Counted from the first letter of the stretch, positions 30,674 to 41,392 are shown. The stretch: DNA of 64,000 nucleotides from an uncultured delta proteobacterium (GCA_963828305.1 CAWHEJ010000009.1:16984-80983); one strand, 5' to 3'. Translations and numbers: made by a program. Notes: generated by a model from the letters alone, not told the origin.

Positions 30674-31891
30674 TCAGACTTTCAGGATGACGGCCTCACC
30701 CTGCGCAAGCCCACCGCAGATGGAGGCCACCCCATAGCCGCCCCCCCTGCGGCGAAGCTCGTAGGCCAGGGTCATCGCGAGCCGCCCGGCGCTCGCCCCG
30801 ACGGGGTGGCCGATGGCGATGGCCCCGCCGTTCACGTTCGTCTTCTCCTGCAACGCCTTCCACTTGCCTTCATCTCCGCCCGCGAGGATCTTTGTCGAAA
30901 CCAGCGGCATGGCGGCAAAGGCCTCGTTGATCTCGATGAGATTCATGTCGCCCATCGACAGACCGGCCTTCCCCAGGGCCTTCTGGATCGTGTAGGCCGG
31001 GATCTGGGCGATCTGGCGGGGCTCCGTCGCCATGGCGACGGAGGTGACCACCGTGGCAAGCGGTTGAAGGCCGCGCTTCAGCGCCTCCGCGCGGGTCATG
31101 CAGAGAATGGCCGAGGCACCGGCGCTGATCGGGGGGGCATTGCCGGCGGTGACCGTGGGGCTTCCGTAGATGGGCTTCAGTTTCGCCAGGGCCTCCATCG
31201 TGGTTTCCCGCGGGGATTCATCCTTTTCGATGACGATCGGGTTTCCTCGCTTCTGGGGGATGACGACGGGCGTGAGTTCTTCGCCGACCCGGAACTTGCC
31301 TGCCGCATAAGCCTTCGCGTAGCGCTCCTGGCTCTGCAGGGCCCAGGCATCCTGCATCTGCCTCGTCACACCCTGCTCCAGGGCCATCTCGCCGGCATCC
31401 ACGGCCACGGGGTTGAACCCCTTGGCCGTGTAGCCCAGCTCGAAAAGACAATCGATGAGGCGGATGTGACCGATCCTGTTTCCCTTCCGAAGACCCGGCG
31501 CCAGGTGGGGGGTGCGGGGCATGTTTTCGGAACCCACGGACATGACGATTGCGGCTTCACCCGCCCGTATGGCAAGAATCCCCAGACGCAGGGTCGTCAG
31601 GGACGAGCAGCAGGCCCGGTCCAGGGAGAGAGAGATGTTCCCCGCCGGAAACCCCGCAAGCAGGGTAGCCTGCCGCGCCGGGACGTCCGTCTCCAGGGCC
31701 ACCTCGGCGGGGATGCAGCTTCCGTAATTGATCTCGTCAACCTCTTCGGGTTTGACCCCCACCCGCCTGATCACCTCCTTCATGACCATGACGCCGAGAT
31801 CGATGCTGGGGATGTCGGCCATGGCCGTGTCGAACCGGCTGAAGGGCGTCCGGACGGCGCTGACCATCACGATGTCGTCTTGTCCTGGCAT
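30674..31891 (-). CDS. Thiolase (acetyl-CoA C-acyltransferase)
   Basis: RACCSS, NEAF, GGAIAIGHPVGAS, ICGG. Confidence 0.93.
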   Translation of the reverse strand: MPGQDDIVMVSAVRTPFSRFDTAMADIPSIDLGVMVMKEVIRRVGVKPEEVDEINYGSCIPAEVALETDVPARQATLLAGFPAGNISLSLDRACCSSLTTLRLGILAIRAGEAAIVMSVGSENMPRTPHLAPGLRKGNRIGHIRLIDCLFELGYTAKGFNPVAVDAGEMALEQGVTRQMQDAWALQSQERYAKAYAAGKFRVGEELTPVVIPQKRGNPIVIEKDESPRETTMEALAKLKPIYGSPTVTAGNAPPISAGASAILCMTRAEALKRGLQPLATVVTSVAMATEPRQIAQIPAYTIQKALGKAGLSMGDMNLIEINEAFAAMPLVSTKILAGGDEGKWKALQEKTNVNGGAIAIGHPVGASAGRLAMTLAYELRRRGGGYGVASICGGLAQGEAVILKV

Positions 31892-31931
31892 TGAGCTCCC
31901 TCCCTTTGAGACAACGTCATTATTTTCTTTC

Positions 31932-32012
31932 TGTCAGTGCGAGGGGCATCAGCCTCGTGGCAATCTCACTGAAACGGGATTGCTTCATTCGCTTCGCTTC
32001 TTCGCAATGACA
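31932..32012. repeat. REP-like palindromic element
   Basis: TGTCAGTGCGAG...GCAATCTC...GGGATTGC...TTCGCAATGACA nested inverted repeats. Confidence 0.65.
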
Positions 32013-32040
32013 CTGCGAGATGGCTCCGGCTACAATGAGG

Positions 32041-32808
32041 TTATTTCGGCGCCATGCGGATGGCGCCGTCAAGGCGGATCACCTCGCCGTTGAGCATGGG
32101 GTTTTCGATGATGTGCCGGGCAAGCATGGCATATTCCCCGGGTCGTCCCAGCCGCTGGGGAAAGGGCACCATCTTTCCCAGTGCTTCCCTCACCGCTTCG
32201 GGCAGGAGCGCCAGCATGGGTGTATTGAAAAGACCCGGGGCGATCGTCATGACGCGCACCCCGTAATCGGCGCATTCCCGGGCCAGGGGCAGGGTCATCC
32301 CCGCCACACCGGCCTTCGATGCGCTGTAGGCGGGCTGGCCGACCTGGCCGTCGAAGGCCGCGGCCGAGGCGGTGTTGATGATGACGCCCCGTTCACCCTC
32401 ACCGTTGGGCGCATTCTTGACCATTTGTTCGAGGGCGAGGCGGATGACGTTGAAGGTGCCCACGAGATTGATCTGCACGACGCGGTTGAACTCGGCAAGC
32501 GGCATGGGGCCCTTCTTCGTGAGGGCCTTGCATGCGACGCCTATGCCGGCGCAGTTGATGACCACGTTGAGACCGCAGAGAGCTTCCATCGCTTTGCGGA
32601 TTGCCTCCTGGACGCTCTCATCGCTTGTCACATCGGCCTTGGCAAAAATGACATGTCCCCCCAGTTCGGCCGCCATTTTCTCACCTCTCTCGACGGCTAG
32701 GTCGAAGATGGCCACCTTTGCCCCGGCGCCCGCCAGCTCCCGGACGCAGGCCTCACCGAGACCCGATGCCCCTCCCGTGACTACGGCAATGCACTCGCTC
32801 ACCCTCAT
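32041..32808 (-). CDS. 3-hydroxyacyl-CoA dehydrogenase type II (SDR)
   Basis: TGGASGLG, NCAG, YSASK, NGEVIRLDGAIRM. Confidence 0.93.
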   Translation of the reverse strand: MRVSECIAVVTGGASGLGEACVRELAGAGAKVAIFDLAVERGEKMAAELGGHVIFAKADVTSDESVQEAIRKAMEALCGLNVVINCAGIGVACKALTKKGPMPLAEFNRVVQINLVGTFNVIRLALEQMVKNAPNGEGERGVIINTASAAAFDGQVGQPAYSASKAGVAGMTLPLARECADYGVRVMTIAPGLFNTPMLALLPEAVREALGKMVPFPQRLGRPGEYAMLARHIIENPMLNGEVIRLDGAIRMAPK

Positions 32809-32903
32809 GTCGCTCTCCTTTCCTTCCACGGCTCATCACGTCTTTTATGGGCAGGTACAAAGAAAAACCCCTCTTGGAGGGGTTGTGCACGGTTCACGGC
32901 TGC

Positions 32904-34238
32904 TTATCTCTGTTCCGAGCGCTTTTTCAACAGCCAGTCGATGACCTTGTCCGGATCCGGTTCTTCCGCAGACCGTTTCGGCGGTGCCTCCCGCGTCACC
33001 CTGCTGTCCTGACCGGCCGGCGTACCGGTACCGGCCGCCGGCCGTCTTTTTGCCCTCACCGCTTGAGGACCCGCCCCCCCGGAGGCTTTAACCTTCCCGG
33101 TCGCAGTCGACGCTTGAGGAGGGACGGTTGGTTCCGAACCGCGGATTGCCCCCTTCGATGCCGGCGGGCTCTCCGGTACCGCCGCCTCCTTCTTCGCTTC
33201 CGGTTTCGCCGGTGCCGGCTGCTCGCCGCCTTGCATCACAAAAAGCGTAAAACCGACCGCAACGGCCAGAAAAACACCCAGGGCGGCGTATGCGATCCTG
33301 TTTCCGTGCAGTTTCCATAGGGCCGTTTTTTCGATCCCGGCTCGGTCATCGTCGCCCGCCTTCTCTGGGCCCGGGCCTGCGACGGCTTTTTTACGGCCGG
33401 GCGCAGCATCAGGCGCATGTCCGGCTGTCGCCGTTCTCTCTTCCGGCATCAGTTTCAGAAAATTCCGTATCGATTCCGGCAGGACGACGCTCTGCCCCAG
33501 GAAAAAGTTGCGGGACAGGGCGACATCACAGGCCTTGTTGATCAGGGATGGGACCCCTCGGGAGTAATGGAATATCTCTTCGATCGCTCCGGGAGTGAAC
33601 AGTTCTCTCTCGCACCCGGCGATGTTGAGACGGTGCATGATGTAGTGCGCGGTTTCGTCCTTCGTCAGCGGATCCAGCGTATAGCGGGAGGTTATCTCTT
33701 GTGACAACTCCCGATTGGCTTCAGCGGATGATATGTCACTGAATCGAGTCTCCCCGAAAAACACGATCCGCAACGGCCGGGTGCCGTTCTCTTCGATCCT
33801 GGACACGTCGAGCAGTTCTCTCAGGCACAAAGAATTCAGCCGGTGGGCGTCATCGATAAGCAGCGCCACCCGTTTCCCGGAAGAGAAGGAGCGGCGCACA
33901 AATTCCGAAATCCAGGCGACAAGGGAGGCATGGTCCTGCTGCCGACCGCCGATGCCGTATGCCTTTGCGATCAATTTGAAAAAATCGACGCCTTCATACT
34001 CCGGACAGGAAACCACAGCGGCAATGACCCGATCCTCCAGTTCTTTCAATACCGCGTTAGCCAGGGTGGTCTTGCCCGAACCGGCATCCCCCGTCACGAC
34101 CTGGAAGCCTTCGCCGCCGAGGATACCGGCCGCCAGAGCGGCCAGGGCTTCCTTTTGTCTCGCCCCGAGCCACAGGTACTTAGGGTCCGGAGTTGCCTTG
34201 AAGGGTTTATCTTGTAACCCGAAATGAGTGAGATACAT
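32904..34238 (-). CDS. ExeA/GspA-like AAA ATPase with a TM helix and low-complexity tail
   Basis: Y..HFGL...PF..TPDP, Walker A GDAGSGKT, IDDAH. Confidence 0.85.
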   Translation of the reverse strand: MYLTHFGLQDKPFKATPDPKYLWLGARQKEALAALAAGILGGEGFQVVTGDAGSGKTTLANAVLKELEDRVIAAVVSCPEYEGVDFFKLIAKAYGIGGRQQDHASLVAWISEFVRRSFSSGKRVALLIDDAHRLNSLCLRELLDVSRIEENGTRPLRIVFFGETRFSDISSAEANRELSQEITSRYTLDPLTKDETAHYIMHRLNIAGCERELFTPGAIEEIFHYSRGVPSLINKACDVALSRNFFLGQSVVLPESIRNFLKLMPEERTATAGHAPDAAPGRKKAVAGPGPEKAGDDDRAGIEKTALWKLHGNRIAYAALGVFLAVAVGFTLFVMQGGEQPAPAKPEAKKEAAVPESPPASKGAIRGSEPTVPPQASTATGKVKASGGAGPQAVRAKRRPAAGTGTPAGQDSRVTREAPPKRSAEEPDPDKVIDWLLKKRSEQR

Positions 34239-34241
34239 GCC

Positions 34242-35225
34242 CTATTCCTGGAACATTTTCTTGACCGCGTCCAAGACGGGGTTTACGGTGCGGGATTTAT
34301 CCGGCGCCCGGCGCGTCGTCGGCTGAAGGGCCTTCGCGACGCAATCGTACTGCTCCCATCCCCTCAGCGTCGCGTTGAGGTCGACGGCCTTCCACTTGGG
34401 ATGGCCGTTGTCTCTCAGCCATGCGAGATTGTCATAAAGAATTCTCGAGAACTTCCCGACGTTCTCGCAATTCCCTCCGCGGAAGTCGTAGGAGATCAGA
34501 ACAGCCTTCACGGCGGCGGTATCGACCGCCTTGTCCTGCCAGTCGTAAGTCTTTGCGGGGATCTGCACGGCGGGATAGAACTCGAGGATGCTCTTGTTCG
34601 TGATGGGAATCAGCGAGAGCCCGTCGGCCGCCGTCACGTCTTCCGTAAACAGCTTGACGGGCAGGCCTGCCACATAGAACATGGCGTCGATTTTCCCCTC
34701 TTTCAGAAGGGCCAGGGCTTCCACGGGCCCCGCGGGGACCATGTCGCGCGGCTCAATGCCGGAGAGTTCAAACAGAAGGCGCGCCGTGAGATAAATGCCG
34801 CTTCCCTCGGCCCCGATCGCGACGGCCCGGTTTGCCAGATCGTCGAAGTCTTTGACATCGCTGCGCGCAAGCAGATGGACCTCTTCATTGTACAGGGGGA
34901 AGACCAGTTTCGTTTTCTCCGCGATTTTCTGCAGGGCGGGATCCGTCCCGATCTTGGCGACAAAGGCCAGAACATCCGACTGGACGATTCCAAGCTGGGT
35001 CTTGGGGGCCTTGAACACCGCGTAGACGTTCTGGATGGAGCCGGCCGAGTCGTCGACCCTCAGCTTGATTCCCTTCGGTTTCACCAGTTCCGCCAGATTC
35101 AGGCCGAACTGATAGTACGTCCCTTTCTGGCTGCCGGTGACGATACCCATGTCCTGCGCGAAAACGACAGTCGTTGTGATCACAAAGGCAAACACAAGCA
35201 GGACACCCAAGAGCTTTTTCTTCAT
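34242..35225 (-). CDS. TAXI-family TRAP solute-binding protein
   Basis: Signal peptide; TGSQKGTYY, GS.QN, QSDV, LYNEEVH, G.EGSG. Confidence 0.88.
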   Translation of the reverse strand: MKKKLLGVLLVFAFVITTTVVFAQDMGIVTGSQKGTYYQFGLNLAELVKPKGIKLRVDDSAGSIQNVYAVFKAPKTQLGIVQSDVLAFVAKIGTDPALQKIAEKTKLVFPLYNEEVHLLARSDVKDFDDLANRAVAIGAEGSGIYLTARLLFELSGIEPRDMVPAGPVEALALLKEGKIDAMFYVAGLPVKLFTEDVTAADGLSLIPITNKSILEFYPAVQIPAKTYDWQDKAVDTAAVKAVLISYDFRGGNCENVGKFSRILYDNLAWLRDNGHPKWKAVDLNATLRGWEQYDCVAKALQPTTRRAPDKSRTVNPVLDAVKKMFQE

Positions 35226-35660
35226 GACCCTCTCCTCTCTGACGTCAACATGTGCTTTTTGTGCCGAACGGGAAATAGCGGATAGAACCGTTTCTCCGTT
35301 CACCTGCCGGTCCTCGAGACGTGCTTCCTTCACTGCCATCTCGTACAAGAAGACGCGTATTGCATGTCGATGTATATGAAAAGGGACCCACGACGGATCC
35401 ACGAACGGCAGTCGTAAATCACGCTCTTGCGCAGATTCGGACAGGGTTATGAAATGAAGTTAAGAAACGAACATGGTTGCAGATCTTCGCCGTTCTTTTT
35501 GGTAGCCGAATAACGATGGAATGTCAAGGATTTATGATGGCAAGGCGTCACGACAAATAGACCGGAAGACGAATCCCGGCCGGAACCCCGAAAACGGTCA
35601 GAAGCCGGAATGAAAAAGCCCCGCCTTTTTCGCCGGGCCGTGGGGATGGAATTCATTTTC

Positions 35661-35685
35661 TGGCGGAGGTGGCGGGATGGATCCC
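35661..35685 (-). repeat. Degenerate copy of the tmRNA 3' end (possible outermost att relic)
   Basis: tggcggaggtggcggga-tggatccc vs tggtggaggcggcgggagtcgaaccc; flank resembles 38494-38545; composition becomes more AT-rich to the right. Confidence 0.5.
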
Positions 35686-35997
35686 AGAGCAGCGGCGCGC
35701 ATCATGCCGGAGTTGAGGCCGTCGCCTGATTACATGGAAAGAAGGCCTCTGAGCCGCCGCAAAGTGCAGGCGGAATCTAAGGTATTTCGCATCCGGATAG
35801 TAGGTTAAAGCTCATACCCATGCTGGGGAATTGGGAACAAAGTGATTATAGCACGGTACTTCGAGGAGCCGCCGCCTAAAAACCCGTGTGAGCGCGACTG
35901 GCCTGCCTCCCCCAAATATTCTGAGCGTCAAAGAGCAATACTTGTCATTCAACCCATTCAACGACCAACAAACAAAATAACACAAAACAAGGAGGCA

Positions 35998-36492
35998 ATG
36001 ATCATGAGAAGTTTGTTGTCAGCTCTGCTGATCGCGTTCACAATCCTTTTACTGTCTGGATGCGCAACCCTTCCAGGCCCGGGATCAAGCCCGAGCAGGC
36101 CCGATCTCGTAGTGACAAAGTTTGAAACTACGGGCCCTGCAACTGTGAATGCACAAAACAGCGTCGTGGTGCCCGTTCGTGTGGTCGTAAAGAATCAAGG
36201 TCCCGTTGTTACGTATATTTTCAGAACCGCAATTGAGTACACCGGGCCGTGGGGTACAAACATAGTTCCGTTTACCGTCCCCGTACAGAGTGATATGTCG
36301 TATCCGTGGACACCGTTATCTGCCGGTGGGGAAATGGAGTACAACGGAAAGGTCACGTTTCATCCTTCACTGCGTAACGTGACTCTGTCTTTGGTTGCGC
36401 TAGCGGACAGCTGCAGCGGCACCCCATGCCGTGTTGATGAAAGCAACGGAGGCAATAACAGATCTGCTCCCATTTCCGTTACTCTGCCATAG
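35998..36492 (+). CDS. Lipoprotein with a CARDB/Ig-like domain
   Basis: GGAGG RBS; lipobox LSGC; PDLVV..., VKNQG, VDES...NN. Confidence 0.7.
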   Translation: MIMRSLLSALLIAFTILLLSGCATLPGPGSSPSRPDLVVTKFETTGPATVNAQNSVVVPVRVVVKNQGPVVTYIFRTAIEYTGPWGTNIVPFTVPVQSDMSYPWTPLSAGGEMEYNGKVTFHPSLRNVTLSLVALADSCSGTPCRVDESNGGNNRSAPISVTLP

Positions 36493-36760
36493 AGCTTTAG
36501 TCTCAGTTCACGCTGGAGGGGATGCGTCGTCATCGTCGCACCCCACAGCGTGGGCGTCCTATTTCGATCGTAATCATGAACTTCCCGACCTTTATGGAAC
36601 GAGCATGGGCAGGTGTAGTAAATAAAGCTTGTTTTATCCGTGTCTGTAAAGTTGAATAGGAGTTACGATTCATGAACTTTTAGTACCTTCCCTTTTTTAC
36701 CCATAACCGTATTATCCTGCGTATCATTTTTACCGCTGCGGGAAGGAAGAGACATCTGCC

Positions 36761-38473
36761 ATGGGGTCACTTGAGCTCGGCGGGAAGCCGCTTGAAAAGA
36801 TGCTTGAAAGCACTCCAGAACACATGAAAAAGCTCTTCATCATGCCCGACTCATCGGACAGGTTTGTAGAGTTCGGCATTCATCTGCTCGACATTATTCA
36901 CGATTTTTTTAAAGAGAAGGGCAGTATCCATTCTTCCATATCCATGGAAGATCTGGCAGCAATTTTCAACAACGTCGAGATGCCCAGCCAACCCCATCTC
37001 ATCAAAGATGTCCTGGACGAGATCAAGTATCATATCGTCAAGCATTCGGTAAAAGTGGCCAACCCTTATTATATCGGCCACATGACAAGCGCTGTTCCCT
37101 ATTTCATGATTCTGCTTGAAATGATTGCCGTAAGCCTTAACCAAAACCAGGTGAAGATAGAGAGCGCCAAGGCATCCTCCTTCGTAGAGAGGGAGTTTTT
37201 GTGCTGGATGCACCGGCTCATCTATGACAACACGCCTGATTTTTATAAAAAACATATCCAGAACCCGAAAATCGCGCTGGGCAATATTACATCAGACGGG
37301 ACAATCGCCAATCTGACAGCCCTGACTCTTGCCATGGCCAAGGCGTTTCCGCCTGACAAAAGGGGCTTCAGCGGGATCCGGGCTGAAGGGCTCGCCAGGG
37401 CGCTTGATCACTACGGATACAGGCAGGCACTCTTCATCGTTTCCAGGCGCGGGCATTACTCCATCGGCAAGGCAGGGACCATACTCGGTATCGGCGATCA
37501 CGGGGTCATCCTTGTTCCTGTCCAACCCTGCATCAATAAAATCGATGTCCATAAACTTCAACGCGCTGTGGAAAAGATCAGAAAAGAAGACAGGATTGTC
37601 GGGAAACCGACAAAATTCGTTGCCATCATTGGCATCGCCGGAACAACAGAGACGGGCAACGTGGATGACCTCGATTCCCTGGCTGCAATCGCGCAGCAGC
37701 TTGGCGCCCATTTCCACGTGGACGCAGCATGGGGTGGCGGTGCTCTGCTCATGGACGGAGCACGAGAGATGATGCGGGGAATCGAGAAGGCCGACTCTGT
37801 GACCATGGACGGCCATAAGCTGCTTTATGTGCCCAACAGCATGGGGATATGCGTATTCAAGAATGTGGATGATTCCAGACTCCTCTACCATACATCAAAC
37901 TACATCATCCGCAAAGGTTCCGTGGACCAGGGCAGGTTTACCATTGAAGGTTCACGGCCTTTTTCCTGTCTCAAACCATGGGCAGCCATAAAGATCTTCG
38001 GCAGAGCCGGCTACAAGCATCTCTTTGACCATGCCAGCGATCTGCAAAACACCTTCGTGGGACTCATCGAACGGGATCCTCTTTTCGAGCTGATGAACAA
38101 GCCTGAGCTCTTTATCATCAATTACCGGTTTATTCCTGACGAGTTAAGATCCCTGATGAACGAGTTGATGAAGAATCCCGGAAAGAACTCGGAACGAATC
38201 ACCACCATCAACAAGTGGATAAACAATCTCAACATCGAGTTGCACAAGACCATCCGTGATCATGATATGTCTTTCGTATCCCGCACCCGGTTAGAGTCTA
38301 CGAAATACGCCCCAAGAAACATCGTAGTCCTGAGGGCCATAACCATCAACCCCAACACGGAACGGAATATGCTCAAGCAAATACTGAATGAGCACAGAAG
38401 CATAGGAATCAAGTTATGGCGGGACATGAAGAAGGTCTGTCTTGACTCCAACGGACGCTTCAAGACTGCATAA
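36761..38473 (+). CDS. panP: Group II PLP-dependent decarboxylase, PanP-like (putative aspartate 1-decarboxylase)
   Basis: IGHMTSA, LNQN.VKIE, GTTETG.VD, HVDAAWGG, DGHK, EGSRP, SFVSRTRL. Confidence 0.7.
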   Translation: MGSLELGGKPLEKMLESTPEHMKKLFIMPDSSDRFVEFGIHLLDIIHDFFKEKGSIHSSISMEDLAAIFNNVEMPSQPHLIKDVLDEIKYHIVKHSVKVANPYYIGHMTSAVPYFMILLEMIAVSLNQNQVKIESAKASSFVEREFLCWMHRLIYDNTPDFYKKHIQNPKIALGNITSDGTIANLTALTLAMAKAFPPDKRGFSGIRAEGLARALDHYGYRQALFIVSRRGHYSIGKAGTILGIGDHGVILVPVQPCINKIDVHKLQRAVEKIRKEDRIVGKPTKFVAIIGIAGTTETGNVDDLDSLAAIAQQLGAHFHVDAAWGGGALLMDGAREMMRGIEKADSVTMDGHKLLYVPNSMGICVFKNVDDSRLLYHTSNYIIRKGSVDQGRFTIEGSRPFSCLKPWAAIKIFGRAGYKHLFDHASDLQNTFVGLIERDPLFELMNKPELFIINYRFIPDELRSLMNELMKNPGKNSERITTINKWINNLNIELHKTIRDHDMSFVSRTRLESTKYAPRNIVVLRAITINPNTERNMLKQILNEHRSIGIKLWRDMKKVCLDSNGRFKTA

Positions 38474-38545
38474 CAATCCCTTGAAACATCCGCAAAAAAG
38501 GCCCCGTTCATCACGAGGCCTTGGGGATGGGTAACAAGTTCATTG

Positions 38546-38643
38546 GGCGGCGGGAGTCGAACCCTACCTATAAAATTCTATCTATTTACAATCATTACTG
38601 CTTTGTTGATGCATCTCCCCCTGGGGACGGCCCGGGGACGGTC
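38546..38643. repeat. att junction: 19-bp tmRNA-3' core plus arm with tandem GGGGACGG sites
   Basis: ggcggcgggagtcgaaccc followed by an arm homologous to 48459-48537. Confidence 0.85.
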
Positions 38644-38816
38644 GACATCTGCTCTACTCAGACACGCACATCAAATGAATCAAAGATCCCGCCTCGACTC
38701 TCGACTCTTTCCTGTAGTCTTGAGGTCTCACTTTTTATCATCAGTGCTACATTTCAAGTTGAGCTTTCCCCATATTGATGGACAGCCATGAAGATTAGTA
38801 AGATGTCACAGGAGGC

Positions 38817-39125
38817 ATGGCTATGGGGAAAGAGGATAAGCATCGTCATTTTACGCGTGAGTTCAAGGTGAATGCGGTCCAACTGGTCACTGAGAAGGGG
38901 ATGCCGGTGGGCAAAGTCGCTCAGGAGCTGGACATCCATCCCAATTTGCTTCATCTGTGGAGAAGGAGGTTGCGGGAAGAGGGAGATAAGGCCTTTGTCG
39001 GCAGGGGCCGAGTCAAGCCGGAGAACGCAGAGGTCAGGCAGCTGCGAAAGGCCTTGAAAAAGATGAAGGAAGAGAGGGACATTTTAAAAAAAGCTTTGGC
39101 CGCATTCTCCAAACAAAGCAGATGA
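38817..39125 (+). CDS. IS3 OrfA
   Basis: FTREFK..AV HTH and ERDILKKA. Confidence 0.92.
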   Translation: MAMGKEDKHRHFTREFKVNAVQLVTEKGMPVGKVAQELDIHPNLLHLWRRRLREEGDKAFVGRGRVKPENAEVRQLRKALKKMKEERDILKKALAAFSKQSR

Positions 39126-39979
39126 AGTATGGGTTTATTGAAGAGCACAGAGAGATGTACAGGATAGGAAGCATGTGTGCAGTACTCAAGACATCCAGAA
39201 GCGGCTATTATGCCTGGCGCAATCGTCAGCCGAGCAGACGACGGATAGACAATCAGGAACTGCTGGGGCATATACGGCAGATCCACACCCGAAGCAGAAA
39301 GCTTTATGGGAGTCCGCGGATCACCGTGGAGCTCAATGAACAGGGGTTCAAATGCGGCAAGAACCGGGTTGCCAGGATCATGAAGGACCACTCCATATGT
39401 GCCGAAGTGAAAAAGAGGAGATTCCGGCGGACTACCGATTCGCGGCATGATTACGCCCTGGCTGCAAACTTGCTGATTGACCAGGGACAGACAGAGGGGG
39501 TATGGGCATCCGATATTACGTTTGTCTCCACTTCGGAGGGGTGGCTCTATGTGGCAGCAGTGATGAATGTGAAAAGCAGAAGGGTCATTGGGCTGTCCAT
39601 GAGTGATACGCTCTCTCAGGAGCTGGCTTCTGCTGCACTCAGAGATGCAGCGGGCAGGCAAAGCCCTCCTGAAGGGTTGATCCACCATTCTGATCGGGGC
39701 CGGCAGTACGCAAGCTATGCCTACCAGGAGCTTCTGAGAGAACACGGCATTACCCCGAGCATGAGCAGAAGTGGCAATTGCTATGATAATGCCTATGTGG
39801 AATCGTTTTGGGGTACGCTCAAGACAGAATTGGTTTATGGTGAGCGGTACCGTTCAAGGCTTGAGGCCAGGCTCAGTATTTTTGAGTACGTGGAAGTGTT
39901 TTATAATCGTCAGCGAAGGCATTCGTCATTAGGGTACAGGAGCCCAGAACAATATGAAAAGCTCCTTCGTGAAACTTAA
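39122..39979 (+). CDS. IS3 OrfB (DDE transposase)
   Basis: YGSPR, WASDIT, HHSDRG.QY, GNCYDNA.VES. Confidence 0.95.
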   Translation: MKYGFIEEHREMYRIGSMCAVLKTSRSGYYAWRNRQPSRRRIDNQELLGHIRQIHTRSRKLYGSPRITVELNEQGFKCGKNRVARIMKDHSICAEVKKRRFRRTTDSRHDYALAANLLIDQGQTEGVWASDITFVSTSEGWLYVAAVMNVKSRRVIGLSMSDTLSQELASAALRDAAGRQSPPEGLIHHSDRGRQYASYAYQELLREHGITPSMSRSGNCYDNAYVESFWGTLKTELVYGERYRSRLEARLSIFEYVEVFYNRQRRHSSLGYRSPEQYEKLLRET

Positions 39980-40037
39980 CCACGTGTCCACTTTATCAGG
40001 GAAAGGTCAAGCAGTAATCCTTGGGAAACGAGCCATC

Positions 40038-40425
40038 ATGCAGATTCTGAAAGCTGGCGTACTCTATTTTGCGCTTGTGTTCGATGCGGGGTTTGCGCTT
40101 GGAACCATTTGTGTCTTGTGGATCGTACCGGAACTCGGCACGAGATTGCCGAGCTGATGGAAGCGCCTTTCATGCTCATCGTAACCATTGCCCCAGCCAA
40201 GTGGGTTGTTCGGCGTCTTGGTGTACCCCCCCCGAAACATGCAGCACACTAGGTATGAGTATTAGCGCGCTCGGTCTTTTACTGACCTAGGAAAGTACGC
40301 TTGTTTTATGACTTCAGGGTTTGACGAAAAGGGAATTCTTTGCGAACCGGGATCCCATGTCGCGAACGATCTACTAAAAATGCTTGGATTGTTTGCCGTC
40401 ATGCCACTTTTCTTTGCGAGGTAGT
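40038..40425 (+). pseudogene. Decayed small membrane-protein gene
   Basis: MQILKAGVLYFALVF.AGF.LGTI... hydrophobic start, continued in other frames with stops; end coordinate approximate. Confidence 0.45.
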
Positions 40426-40647
40426 CAGGGACACATCTTTAGGGAACGCATGAGGCTTACATACTGGAAGTCCGCTGCCAAGGGTCGCAGATAAAATCAG
40501 CATCGTCCGCCCTGATCGGATAAATTAGCCTAAGAGTGATGGTCAGTTACGATCAGATGTGGCCATTTGGTATCCTTGGCTATTGACATCGAATGCCCAC
40601 GGATGGTAAGCATACGCACGAATTAATCCAATGAATCGCGCTCACAC

Positions 40648-40965
40648 ATGAAGATATCATTAACAAGGAATCTCCTATTCATCGCAATCGCCGCATTCTT
40701 TATCAGCTCTCTGGCGATTGCACTCCATCATCACGATGTTCCGCTGCAAGGGCAGACCTGCTCGATCTGCAAGGTGAAGGGTTCAGCCTCGGGCAGTTAT
40801 CATAAAGCGAAAATCAATATTGACCTTGCAATTTCAGTTTGTTCTGCGCTTCTTATTGCCCCCTTTTTCTCGCTTTCGTTGTTGGTTGCAATCCCTCAGG
40901 ATACTCCCCAATCGTCGCCTTGCCTTCTTACGTTTAAGAACAAGGCACCACCCATCCTGTACTAG
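40648..40965 (+). CDS. DUF2946/CruR-like small exported protein (HHHD..CxxC...KAPP)
   Basis: Signal/TM segment, CSIC, terminal NKAPPILY; paralog at 43539. Confidence 0.65.
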   Translation: MKISLTRNLLFIAIAAFFISSLAIALHHHDVPLQGQTCSICKVKGSASGSYHKAKINIDLAISVCSALLIAPFFSLSLLVAIPQDTPQSSPCLLTFKNKAPPILY

Positions 40966-41095
40966 AACCCTATCCGTTGAAAAAGTGCATTTTATTGCAG
41001 GCCGCTGGCGACATGGCTAATGGTCTGAAATCTCAGTGTACTCTAAATCAATTTGTTCTTGATCTGAAAAATACCATTCGTTATGGAGGTAAGTC

Positions 41096-41371
41096 ATGAA
41101 TTGTCCAGTCTGTAATGTATCGTTGGTGATGTCCGAGAGACAGGGTGTCGAAATTGACTATTGCCCGAAGTGCAGAGGCGTTTGGCTCGATAGAGGTGAG
41201 CTCGACAAGATTATCGAACGGTCAACTTCCACAACTGCGCCGGAACAGCGTCCGGCAGTGTCAGCATCCCGGCAGGAAGACCCCTATGATAAGCATCGTG
41301 AGAAAGACCACAAGGATCATGGGAGTTATCATCACAAGAAGAAGGGATTTCTCCAGGATTTGTTCGACTAA
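41096..41371 (+). CDS. zf-TFIIB zinc-ribbon protein with His-rich tail
   Basis: CPVC...IDYCPKCRGVWLDRGEL...LFD. Confidence 0.9.
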   Translation: MNCPVCNVSLVMSERQGVEIDYCPKCRGVWLDRGELDKIIERSTSTTAPEQRPAVSASRQEDPYDKHREKDHKDHGSYHHKKKGFLQDLFD

Positions 41372-41392
41372 CGAGGAGTAAGAAGCAAACGC

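Larger units (their letters stand above)
38760..40009 (+). mobile_element. IS3-family insertion sequence (1250 bp)
   Basis: TG...CA ends with imperfect IRs (TGAGCTTTCCCCATATTGATGGACA / TGACCTTTCCCTGATAAAGTGGACA); A7G slippery site at 39086-39093. Confidence 0.92.
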
